Below, one piece after another: positions 26,513 through 39,394 of a stretch of DNA of 64,000 nucleotides (positions are counted from its first letter, which is position 1; every line of letters begins with the position of its first letter). The stretch is from Octopus vulgaris. Taxonomy: Eukaryota. Under the pieces are notes generated by a model. It worked only from the letters and a program-made list of their open reading frames with translations, had not been told where the DNA came from and did not search any database. The position numbers and the translations under genes were made by a program. The stretch is taken from contig OX597817.1 in NCBI GenBank assembly GCA_951406725.2, positions 20,336,001 to 20,400,000 on the forward strand, given 5' to 3'.

Positions 26513-26852
26513 CTACCAATACTACATAAGGACACAAAACTGAAAAGAATTTTACGTGACATTAAAATTGTGAGAATCAAAAACCTAAGTCATTAAGGAA
26601 ACTGCTAACTAATGCAAAATTATTCCCCTCCACAAACCCCACAGTAAAAATTCAACATGCCCCAAACTTTTGGAAGGGTTAGAATACTATTTTAAACACG
26701 AGCAACTCTTTACAATTAATTTAAATTTCATTTGTGCATCCGAAAATCTGATCTGCGTAATCAGATGCTCGGTCAGCCAGAAATATTATATCGGTAGCAC
26801 AGGGAATTCTCTCCGTCAACGTTGTACGGTGCATCGTCCACAGTGTAAGTGA
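26510..26852 (+). mobile_element. Second, different PLE GIY-YIG endonuclease remnant
   Basis: FTINLNFICASENLICVIRCSVSQKYYIGSTGNSLRQRCTVHR matches the NLIY.I.C..C...YIG.T...LR.R...H pattern. Confidence 0.8.
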
Positions 26853-29300
26853 GACGAAATCAGTGAAAATAATTTTATTGAAGAATTTGAACCAGTACTA
26901 AATGGACTGTTATAGTAACAGTGAGAGTTATAATGATGATAATGGTGATAGTTATAATGGTGATGATAATAACAAATACTACGTCTATTACTACTGCTAC
27001 CACCACAAACTGCAAAATAATTAAATGTGATGGGAGGATGGTAGTAATGTTGACCAAATGAACATTGCTCGATTGAAATGTAAAAATTTCTGGAATAACA
27101 AGAGAAATCAATGAAAACAGGAATGTTGTTAACAACATTCCAAAATATAGCCAAACAAATATTCCTGTAGGTGTGTTCAAAATATAGAATCCTTGACGTT
27201 CACACCAAACCGTGACATCTAAGCTACATGCTGATATATCAAAATACAGTTTGAACTTAATTGGCGCGCTCATCAAACTGTCATATGTAAGACTCATGCT
27301 CATTGAGCAAAGAAAAGTTCGTAACATTTAGCCTGCTGGAGCACATCAGATAGTACTTAAAAATAACTCCACGTATTTGACTACAGTTGTCAATGTAACA
27401 CGACTGCCACTAACGCATGAAACGATAGCTTGAACCTTATTTCAATATCTATACTTTGTGATCTTAAGCAAAGCACTTCAAATCAGGTTGCTCTGAGAAC
27501 ACCTAATGTGTGGTACACCGTGCACCTGTTCAGACAACGCTGATTTGATGGTATGAATGTTTATCATTTCACTGAACGAAATTTGCTAATAAACAAGTTG
27601 AGTTAAGCCTTTAAGTATAATATACATATAATTGAGTTCCCAAATCACATTATTGGCTTCCGTTGTCCCTCTGGATAAGCGTAGTTGCAATATTTTTTTA
27701 TAAGAACAGGCTCCGTTTCTGAAATTTTATCTCGCACTTTGTGCATTGTATTCCTGCTTTATCACTTCTCAGTTATATTCAATATAACTGCTCTGTTAAT
27801 TGCAATATTTGGAATTGATTTCGTTTTTGAATTTTACAATAATAACGTTTCTATTATATATATATAACATCAAGCAATTATAGAAAATTGAGCTTGATGA
27901 AGAGGACAGCATATTTTTTGCAGATGAAATTTTCACTTACATCATGTTTTCAGTTGAAATGTTTACGACACGTTTTGGTATTTCTAACAGAATGGACATT
28001 TTCGCGACAAAATATTCAACAGAAGTATGCTGCCGAAAATCTATAATGGATATTACAAAGAATATCTTGATTAACAGCTCAATCCTTTCAAAACCAAGGC
28101 CAGTAATGTCACAAATATTTGTGTAAATGAGAAAGATCTAAACAAATTTATAAGTTCATATTGACTAAAGGTCTACAACACGAAGCAAAGAAAAGTATCT
28201 CGCCATAATATTAAATTCAATCATACTCAGATTATTATTAACCGCCATGAAACCTCAAACGGGAAGAAGTGTCAATGAATACGGACAATACTGAATTAAA
28301 AATCAGTAATACCCTAGACAACACGTATCGAAAATAGCTGTTACAACATATCACGTGGCTGTTCCAATAGTCTGTTTTGTCTCATTTAACCAATGATTTT
28401 AAGCATCTTATGAAGGAAATAATTCATAATGTTGTTTTTGATATTTTAGTCAAATTAATCTTAATTAAAAGAAAATTATAGCAAATAGTGCGTCAGGTGC
28501 TTAGTAAAAATGATGAAACATCAAATGCCAAAATGGCATTGCTGTTAATGACCAGTGGAGGAAAGGATGTAAGCGTCAATACATTGCATAGAATATGCAG
28601 AAATAGCCTGGAGAGGCATTAAATAAGAGAGGGGTAGAAACAAATTTATGTAAGAGTGGTTGAATTACAGTGCGATATGAAGACATTAAAATTTGATCTA
28701 GAAAAAAGAAATATAAATAAAAAAGAATGTGACAGCAAAAATTATGAGAGCCATATGGAATAAATAATATTTGAAAGGGAAAAAGTACAAAAAGTGCAAT
28801 ATTATCGAAAGAAAATTTTTAAAAAACATCAATATAAATGACAAACAGTTAGAAAGAAAATTGACAATTAAAAATAGAAAGAACAGCTTCAGCAATCTCC
28901 AGTATAATGTCAGTTTCAGACAACTTGGAGTGAATCCCAAGACAAGGTAAAACAAGTGGTATCATTAAATAACAAATGTGACATATTTATGAGAGTTCAT
29001 AATTCCTGAACAGCGAGAAGCATATTAAAACATATACGAAACATTTGGTAATTTCGTTTTACTTTTAATTTATCTTGCTGTGAGTTTGACATGATTAATG
29101 CTTTCATTTTGTGTACAATTTCCCCTTCCTTCATTGCACATATTTCTTTCAAATCATATACATTGGAAGGGTAGAACAGAATTAGTCGTTCGAAACAAAG
29201 TCAATTATTGTGGGTACGTTAAGATTGCGTTTGAATTACTTGTTTCCGTCTTAATTTTCTCCTCTATTGGTAAGAAAATACCTGTCTATTGCAGAGTGAA

Positions 29301-29368
<68 letters not shown>

Positions 29369-29431
29369 GCCATGATAGATCGCTAGCCACTACACATTCT
29401 TTTATTTTCTCTCCTTGTTTCTTTCTATGTT

Positions 29432-29470
29432 CCATTCTGTAGAAGAGCGTATGCTTGAAACGTTAAAGAC
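29432..29470 (+). ncRNA. Degenerate minimal hammerhead-like motif in a short repeat between (TA)n tracts (second copy at 56081-56119)
   Basis: tt-CTGTAGA-a-GAGC-gtat-GCTT-GAAAC-GTT-aa has the same architecture as 21683-21719. Core A6 is changed to U and stem I is weak. Confidence 0.35.
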
Positions 29471-29557
29471 ATTTTCACTTCCCGAGCGTTAAACTAACAT
29501 ATCAGTTTGTTCTCTACAGCATCTGTCTCCGTCTTTTGTTCTTTTGTGTATTCTCCG

Positions 29558-29611
<54 letters not shown>

Positions 29612-29947
29612 GATTTTATATATGCTTCAAGCTTATAGTAATTACCGTGCATATGACGAAGCAAAAAAGTGTAATAAAGGGGCATATAAGCCCTCGACAG
29701 AAAAAGACGGCCTTCCTATTCATGGTATGATTTTAACATTCATATATGATTTTATATTTGTATATCTCTATATTGATATTAGCAATAATAATTCTCTAAA
29801 AGGGATATAGACAGTAACTGCTCGATAACATAAGGGACTAAAGCCATATTCAGATGGCTTTAGTCCCTTATGTTATATTGATATTATTTACACGATTGTA
29901 AATTCGACGCCGTATATACAAAAACAATTGCACAAAAGCATATATAT

Positions 29948-30188
<241 letters not shown>

Positions 30189-32103
30189 GAACAGAACAAA
30201 AAGTTCAACTCCGACCCCCAAAAGTTCTACCAAGAACTGGGCAAAAATAAAATAGAAGTCACTGCAGCACCAACGGCAGAAGAATTGGAAGAATTCTGGA
30301 AAGAAATATGGTCGGCAAACGAACAGCCAAAAAAAAGGAGTATGAAAATAACAAACTCGGCATCTGAACAACTTTGGACCCCCATAACAACTGAAGAGGT
30401 CACCCAGGCACTGCAAAAACTAAGCAACTGGAAGGCACCTGGGCATGACAAGATCCCCAACTTCTGGTTGAAACATCTAACAGGAATGCACAAAAAGCTG
30501 GCTGAAAATTTTAACAGCATACTAGCAGAGCCAGAGACAATGCCTGAATGGCTCACGAAGGGGAAAACCATCTTAATTCCCAAATCAAATGAAACAACAA
30601 AACCAGAAAACTACAGACCAATAACCTGCCTCCCTACTATGTTCAAGGCATTTACTGCAGTGATATCGCAAAGGCTGAACAAGCACCTGGACGAAAACAA
30701 ACTGTTCCCAGAAGAGCAGAAAGGATGCCGCAAGGGCTCATATGGCTGTAAAGATCAACTAATGATTAATAAAGCCGTAACTGAAGACAGCCACAGAAAG
30801 AAGAAAGGCCTCAGTATGGCCTGGATTTACTACAAAAAGGCGTTTGATAGCATCCCCCACACATGGATCCTCGAAACACTAGCCATTAACAAAGTAGCAC
30901 CAACAATCATAAAATTCATAGAGCACTCTATGAATAAATGGCAAACAGTCCTACACCTCCAAACAAAAGAGGGACTCATGAAAACCAAAGACATCCCCAT
31001 TAGAAGAGGAATATTCCAGGGAGACACGCTCTCTCCACTCCTTTTCTGCTTGGTACTGTCACCTCTATCTGATATGCTAAATTGAACTGGATGCGGATAT
31101 AAATGTTACGGCAAAACGATCAGCCACCTTTTATATATGGATGACCTAAAACTATACGCTGCAAATGACAAACAGCTGGAAACACTATTAAAGACAGTTC
31201 ATGGATTTACCAAAGAAATAGATATGAAATTTGGATTAGAAAAATGCGCCAAAGTAACCATGAAAAGAGGAAAACTAGTTAAGAGTAACAACATCACACT
31301 AGATAAAACCAATGAAATAAAAGAATTAGACCAAAGCCAAACTTACAAATACTTAGGAATCCATGAACTAGATAAGACACAACACACACAAATGAAAGAG
31401 AAAATAAAAAAAGAATATTATAGACGAGTTAGATCAATACTAAAAACAGAGCTCAATGCTAAAAACAAGATAATAGGTATCAACACTTTAGCTGTCCCAG
31501 TTATAAGTTACAGCTACAATATCCTTAACTGGACACGAAATGAACTGTCCAAAATTGATAGGAAAACAAGAAAAATACTGACAGGATCTAGGATGCATCA
31601 CCCAAAATCTGACATAGAAAGACTATATATACAGCGTATAGAAGGTGGTAGAGGCCTTATACAGCTGGAAAACTACTATAAAATAACCACCATAGGACTG
31701 CAAAAATACCTACTTCAGAAGGAAGGAAAACTGATCCAGATAGCAGCAAAACACGAGCAAAACAAAAAACTGTTCTCAGTATTTAAGGAAACTGACAAAT
31801 ACAAACAAGAAATCATACCACCTAATAAACACAAAGAAGAAGAAGAAGATGATGAAGAAACAACAAAATCTATAAAACAAATGAAATCCAAACTAAAAAT
31901 AGAACAGCAACGAGCCATGATAAAACGATGGCAAGAAAAGCCCCTTCATGGTAAATACTGGACTAAACTAAACGCAAAAGAAATAGACAAAGAAAAATCC
32001 CAGCAATGGTTGAGAAGCTCAGGACTCAAAGCAGAAACAGAGGGATTTTTAATTGCAGCACAAGACCAAAGCCTCCCACCAGAAATTACCAAAAACATGT
32101 AAT
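30189..32103 (+). mobile_element. R4/Dong-like non-LTR retrotransposon, 5'-truncated and cut at its 3' end by the duplication junction
   Basis: RT motifs NWKAPGHD, NYRPITCLP, EQKG, KKAFDS, RGIFQGD.LSPLLF, HLLYMDDLKL and YKYLG. In-frame TGA at 31083-31085. Ends abruptly at 32103. Confidence 0.93.
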
Positions 32104-33417
32104 TTCACACTAAAAACCCGTTATGCATAAATATCTACATGTAGAATGAATCTACTGAGAGGATGAACATTCATCTTTAAATACATATATATTTCGGTAT
32201 TAATAGATCAGACTAAAAAGACAATGAAAATTAATGGAAACATATTTAGTGTTACGGGTCCGACAGCTGTCTCTGATGGCTCGATATTACTTCTTAATTT
32301 TGGAAGATGCAGTTGGCAAAAACTCAAGGGTATGCGATATGTAAAAGACGCATATAAACATAACGTAAATCCATCTTCATCCTTCCGTGTGGAGGGATAA
32401 GTTGAGAAATTTCTTCTGAAATTTACATTAATACGATCTGCAAGTATACGTGGATGGTTTTATATTTTCCTAATGTAAATCCATTATTAACTTTACGTAT
32501 AGTGACATTATAGTTTTACTTCTTCTTGTATGCAACCAAGATCAAAGATGATCAAGCATTCCAACCGTGACGTTTTCATCTTCCGGGTCTAGTTAATGGA
32601 CATGTACCAACATCACGCTCCGTATCCTATTTTTTTCTAAAGGGAAAAATATTATGAGATCAGTATTTGCCAAATTCGTTGGCATGGCTTTGGACCCTCT
32701 AGTGTTTGCATGCTTTTGGAAGCACTAGTGTTTGCAAATTTTAGAAGCACCATTGTTTTTTTTTATCGAATTTAAAACCAATCTATACTAGTTTGCGAGT
32801 TGTAATTATTCATTTATAATTTAAAATACTGCCCTGTTTCTTTAAATATATCTATAAATGCCCATTTATTTATGTGGTGCCGCTTAACAATTATGAATGT
32901 ATATTACTGTAATATTTATTGTACATATAGAAGTCAATACAATTTATATTTCTGTTCCATGGAGGCTACAAATTTATACGTGTGCCAATCATTTCTGTGT
33001 TTCTTCCGACAGAATGAATAAACTGATATAACGATACTCGTCTATATTGTTATGTTAATAAAATTCTAGTTTAAAGTATTGTTACTGATAGTACAGTGGT
33101 CACAAATAATTATAAACTAATGGCAAAAATAAGCTCACGTAGACACTCACATATAGACGCACACTCAAGGATGCTACCCACTCTTGCTTTTCACTACTGG
33201 TGGACAAATTAAGATTCATGCACACACGACCATCCAACCATCGAAACATAGTGAACCTAGGCTTTATGAAAATGGATATGCCTTATATAGAAACACAGAT
33301 ATGCATAGGTATACATGAATATATCTATATATATTTTACATGTGTGTATACACAAAGAGATACACATAAATGTATATTTCTTAATTCTTACGTCAGTCGT
33401 ACGAGATAATATACATA

Positions 33418-34300
33418 TATTGGGTCATCCCATAAATAATGCATTATTTCAAAAGTCGGAGGAGTACGGGATAAACTATCTGCATCAACTTACTATAAAA
33501 GCAGGTAGTAATTTAAAATTTTGTTTATTCTTACTGCAAGTTTTGAAGAGTGTAGTTCAAATTTAACAGTTATGTTTTTAAAGCTATAATGGAAATAGCA
33601 AAGGGGAATACTCGGCATATTTTGCTTTATGAGTTCAATAAAGGCAACAAGTGCGACGATTATTAATACAGTATATGGGGATCGGACAAGAAGCATAAAC
33701 CAATGTCAACGGTGATTCCAGAAATTCCGAGCCGGAAACTACAGCCAATAAAAACAAGCCTCGTCCTAAATATCTCTAGAGCCCGACGAGGACGTTCTAC
33801 AAACCCTAATGGGACAAACTTCCTTCGTAACTGTTGAGGAACTAGCAGAGAAATTTGCATTTGGTCATTCAACCTTTCATCAGAAAACAACCATCTTTGG
33901 TTTCAAGACGAAAGGTGTTCTTCCATCAGGATAATGATCGGCCACATGCAGCAAAAATGACATTCCAAAGGCTGGAGCAGTTTCAATTGGACACAATGCC
34001 CCACCCATCATATTCGCCGGACATTGCCACTTCTGATTATCATTTATACATCAGTCTTCAAACTAATTTGGGCGGAAAAATATGAATCCTGGAGGCGAGG
34101 TGAGAACAGTACTGAAGGTGTATGTTTGTCACGGACCAGTGAGTTTCGGAAGAGAGGTCTTATAAGTCTGCCAGATGGATGAAAGATCATTGTAGAAAAT
34201 AAAGGAGAGTATATTTTAGATTAAAAGTGAACTTTGTTTATCTTAATTTTCAGAAATAAGAAAGTATAAAAAACCGCATTATTCATGGGATGACCCGACA
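33418..34300 (+). mobile_element. Mariner element (duplicate of 6769-7651)
   Basis: Same TIRs and peptides as copy 1. Confidence 0.92.
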
Positions 34301-34303
34301 TAA

Positions 34304-34357
<54 letters not shown>

Positions 34358-34368
<11 letters not shown>

Positions 34369-34691
34369 ATTCGAGACAAAACCACTATTTTAAAACCAAA
34401 CAAGGAAAGACTTAATCAATACATAAAATTTTAATATAAATTAAATAAACCGCCACTACAAATGTTTCATGTCTGCTACCGACAATCTTCAGGTGGATTT
34501 TCGATCTTCTAATCAGTATCAAATTTTGATACTGATTAGAAGATCAAAAAATCCACCTGAAGATTGTCGGTAGCAGACATGAAACATTTGTAGTGGCGGT
34601 TTATTTAATTTATATTAAAATTTTATGTATTGATTAAGTCTTTCCTTGTTTGGTTTTAAAATAGTGGTTTTGTCTCGAATTATATTATATA
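34358..34691. repeat. ~334-bp palindrome with hammerhead motifs at 34453-34496 (-) and 34553-34596 (+)
   Basis: Duplicate of 7705-8038. Here both arms keep the TGTC/GACA stem II (G at 34576). Confidence 0.93.
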
Positions 34692-34767
34692 ATATTTTAC
34701 TATAAAATTGGATTTAACCCTAAATCTGATTTTTCCCTGTAATTTTGGATTCATTCCCTAATATTTA

Positions 34768-34826
<59 letters not shown>

Positions 34827-36016
34827 GTGTGTGTGTATGTGTACTGCACCCATGCTAGGGTTACGCATTGATGAACTTTGTTAGAACAAATATTTTAAGT
34901 CTGCGTTCTTTGTTCGAACTGCAGAGTTTCAGGGAAATCAACGCCATTCGTAAGCACAGGAAAATCGGCTGTTAAGCGGTGTTGGGAGTCGAACACAAAG
35001 ACTTAAAACATAGAGACGCACACACGCACGCACGCACGCACGCACGCACGTACATAACACACACACATATACAGACCAAAACTAAGACTCAAACACAGAA
35101 AGAAAGTCACACGCACGCACATAGCACACACACACACACAAACCGAAGGACAAAGAGGCAGACATACGCACGCGCGTGCACATACACGCAAACACAAAGA
35201 CTCAAAAACACAGATACAGGCGCATGCACTATCATACACACAAACATAGACGAATATATAAAAATATATCTACGACAAGGTATAATATGGTTTTAGGTGA
35301 TACCAATGTTTCGTGTTTTAAAATATCGACTCGTACGTCCATGTTTGCTTCTTAGAGTGCTCAGATTTTAACAAGGAATAGTAGATGAATGTTAACTCTT
35401 AATGTGTTTTTTTCTTTTCCTGTTGTGTTTCCAGTGTTAGACGCCAAAATATTTTGTTGAATTCTATTACAACGTGTACAATATCAACTAATTTTCACTT
35501 TCTTAATTGTCTTTCAGTTTCTCGTTTAATGTACGTTCGTTGGGCCGTGTATTCTAAATTTCAGCATTCAAGAATGCGCAAGAACTAAATTGTTGAAAAC
35601 ATTCTCAAATTTAATACTACTTACGTGAATTGTTTTTTTCATATCTTACAACATTTAATTGATATCAGTAAGTGGGATTCTGATGCATTTGTAAAATACC
35701 TTATCGTGAGTTTTAGTTTAGGTATAACATCTGCCTATATAATTCACATTCTATGATATTTTTTCAAGGAACGTGTAATGTCATTTGAACAGGTACAATG
35801 GAATAGAATAATACAAAATTTTTCTCCGAATATTAGAGAAATGGTTGCAGAATACTAATTATACATTGCTTCTCTGTAAATTCGATGCGTCACATAACAA
35901 TGCATGAAATCAGTCTTCTCTGATATAATGAGATATAAATTTTGACGCATAACAAAACATCTAGTATGTTGAATATATTTAATACACTCACATACACACG
36001 GATATATATATATATA

Positions 36017-36847
36017 CCTGGTGCGGTGGATAAAAAGTCGTCTAAATTAGGCAAAAATGAAAATATCACTGAATATCACTTTAACAGATATATTTACCAA
36101 AATTACATAAAAAAATACCTTGCAATACTAAAGAGTAAATTTATTCAATAAAACTTCGGAATCCCCTGCAACTCTTTCTGGATGTTATCCTTGTATAAGA
36201 TGGTGAATGCTTCCATGATCCTTGCGTTCAGTTCATCCTTTGAATTTTGTTGGCCTCCCGCTCAATTACGCCCCACGCATATTAAGCAAGGGTTGCAGTC
36301 TGGGGAGTTAGGTCGCTAGATGTTAGGAATGATGTAGTCGCAGAAATCTTCTGATGGCCATGACTCTGATCTACTGCTTATGTGTCCTTATCCAGAGTCC
36401 CGTTGCCAGACAGAGGTTCTTCCAGGAGCTACCCTCTTTGCCCAGGGCAGCACTCCCTCCTCCAGGCACTTGATGTAGGCTTCCGTATTCAGGCGGTGTG
36501 GGAGAATGAATGGAGGTATAAAGTTGCCACCATTATTGATCCCTCCAAATGCCATAATGTTGACTGGATGTTTTATTTTCATCACTCTCGGTACATGTCC
36601 TGAGATTGCTCTGTCCTAAGATTGACGCCTAAACATTCTTCGTGTTGGAGCTTTCAACGCGAATGCCAAGCAGTAAAAAGTGTCGTTTCTAAATTTCTCG
36701 CCGAGTGAATTTCGTCATGGTGCTCTTTACCTCATAGATGGTGCCCAACCGACGCTACAATACTGTATATCGACAGAATCAAGAACAAACAATGCGCATG
36801 TGTGAAGCTAAAATTTATAATGGCGACAATTTACTCATCGCACCTTG
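36017..36847 (-). mobile_element. maT-like element (duplicate of 9356-10186)
   Basis: Same sequence and ORFs as copy 1. Confidence 0.85.
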
Positions 36848-37388
36848 TATATATCTCTTATATGAAATAGACCTGTATGAATCTATTCGCTTTTCAAGCC
36901 AAAACGGCAGCGCGAATTGCTTCCATAATCGGGATGCATGAATAATTTTACCTCGGATACTTAAGAGGGTCTTCTGCTCAGTTTTTTTTTATTAAACACA
37001 AATAGCATTGCTTTATAGTTATGATTCAGATCTATAAAAAGGTTTCTCAATGATAACTTCCTGTATTGACATAGCAACGGCGGAATTTTCTGTTTTCATT
37101 TCAAATTGCCTCATTCTCTATTTTAATGTTTTCATTTCAAGTTTTAATTGGTTCTTTGCAAACAAATACAATAAATTACTGAAAGAAATATTTAGTAAGT
37201 TCATAAATTTATTCAGTACAAGTTAGTTTTTAATGGGCTTTTATTTATACGATTTTTTCATTTCATATTTCATTCTTTCATTGTTTGCCATGTTTTGTCT
37301 CTCTCTACACACACACTCTCTCTCTCAATCTAATAGATTGTTTTGTGATGTTTACGTATATACATAAATACATATGAATGCATCCTTT

Positions 37389-37812
37389 TGGAGTATCTCT
37401 GTGGTAAGTAACTTGCTAACGAACCACATGATCTCGGTTCAGTCCCACTGCGTGAAACCTTGGGAAAGTATCTTCTACTATAGCCTCGAGCCGACCAAAG
37501 CCTTTAGAGTGGATTTGGTAGACGAAAAGTGAAAGAAGCCCATCGTATATATGTATATATATATATATATATGTGTGTGTGTATATGTGTGTGTGTCTGT
37601 ATGTGTATGTATGTTTGTGTGTCTGTGTTTGTCCCTTCAACATCGCTTGACAACTGATGCTGGTATGTTTACGTCCCCGTAACTTAGTGGTTCAACCAAA
37701 GAGATCGATAGAATAAGTACTAGACTTTCAGAGAATAAATCCAGGGGTCGATTTGGTCGACTAAAGCCGCAGTCAAATGACTGAAACAAGTAAAAGAGTA
37801 AAAGAATAAAGG
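37389..37812 (+). mobile_element. tRNA-derived SINE (duplicate of 10728-11150)
   Basis: Same sequence apart from small indels. Confidence 0.8.
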
Positions 37813-38173
37813 ATTATATGTGCGCGTGTGTATGTATGAGACAGAGAGAGAGAGAGAGAGGGAGAGAGACCGAGAGAGTAAGTGACGTCTAAGTGGCACT
37901 CTCATTCTTTCTCTCTCTCTCTCTCTTACGCACACACAAGCACACATACGATGTAGATAGAACAAACAAGTCATTGTGGTGGTCTTGTAGTGTTATTACC
38001 TGAGCAACCCTGAAGATGAAAATGGTGCTCATATTAGTGGACACCGACAACGTATGTATGATTAATGGAGAGAAAGAGGATTGTTCAACTCACGGAACAG
38101 AGATTATGTCATAAATCAACATCATCATCATCATCATAATCACCACCATTATTATTATTAATATTCTTCTTCC

Positions 38174-38270
<97 letters not shown>

Positions 38271-38619
38271 GTATTATGAATTCAGAATTGATTTCCCAAT
38301 TGAAGAACAAATTGAAATTAGAATAAATTTCTATACAAATATTTTCCATTTTTCTTTCCAATATATAAGGAACAATTTCATTTCCGGGAATGCTGAAAGA
38401 CTCTGTTAGATTTAAGATTGCTTCTTTCTCCTTTTTTTGAGATCAGCGACACTTTGTCACTGGTAAAAAGCATATAGCATTTTGCGTTGGGAATGAGTTC
38501 TCATTGCTAGCTGGTGATTATCAAACTGTAATGACGAGATGTTACTCAGAAACCCGGGTCTGTGTGTATCACGTAATGCTAGAGATGACAGCAATGACCT
38601 ACACACACACACACGCGCG

Positions 38620-38669
<50 letters not shown>

Positions 38670-39355
38670 CGTGTGCTTGTGGGTGTATTTATGTACAGAA
38701 ACATAGTCAAACGTATATATACTCACACACACACATATTTACACAAGAGTGTGTACTGTATAGTTCATAGGCTGGTTATAAAAGAATAATGCTGAAGCTG
38801 TGAAATCTTGCATATTGTAATTTCATCTCCTTTTATTAATACATGCATTGTTCCCTCCCACGTAAACTGATATCTGAGAGCCCAAACAAGACTTCGGAAG
38901 AAACTAGCAGCTATTGCCCATTAAAATAATTTGGCATCGTGGTGATATCATGTATCTGAAGAAAAACGTTTTTAGCTTCCAAGAAGACTCATGCTTATAT
39001 TGTTTATACACTATGGGATAAGTGCAAATGTGGACACATGATTTTAGAAGAAAAGAGCGTCTTGAAAATGACCCAGAGTGTGAAGGTCCTAAAAGCTACC
39101 ACCACTAAGTAAAAACATTAATTCTGTTTTGTATATGGTGATGAATGACTGGTACTTTGCTATAACTCAAATATCCAACGTTATCAACATATCCCGCGAG
39201 AGTTGAGAATATTATGCACCATGAAATTGACATAACGAAGGCTTCTTCTCGGTGGGAGCCACGTCGTCTGATACCTGATCAAAAGCACACCTGGTAGATC
39301 ACATCACAGAAAAAACAGATCCAACTGGTTTCCGTGTAGATATAAATATACATAC

Positions 39356-39394
<39 letters not shown>

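Noticed and set aside
27171-27286. Plus-strand exon between tcctgtag and gtaaga
   Set aside because: All three frames contain stops.
28490-28625. Tc1-like second HTH (KNDETSNAKMALLL...VSVNTLHRI)
   Set aside because: Too short, with no TIRs or catalytic motifs nearby.
30227-31918. Minus-strand ORFs overlapping the LINE (also 56773-59234)
   Set aside because: Antisense shadows of the RT frame with no independent motifs.
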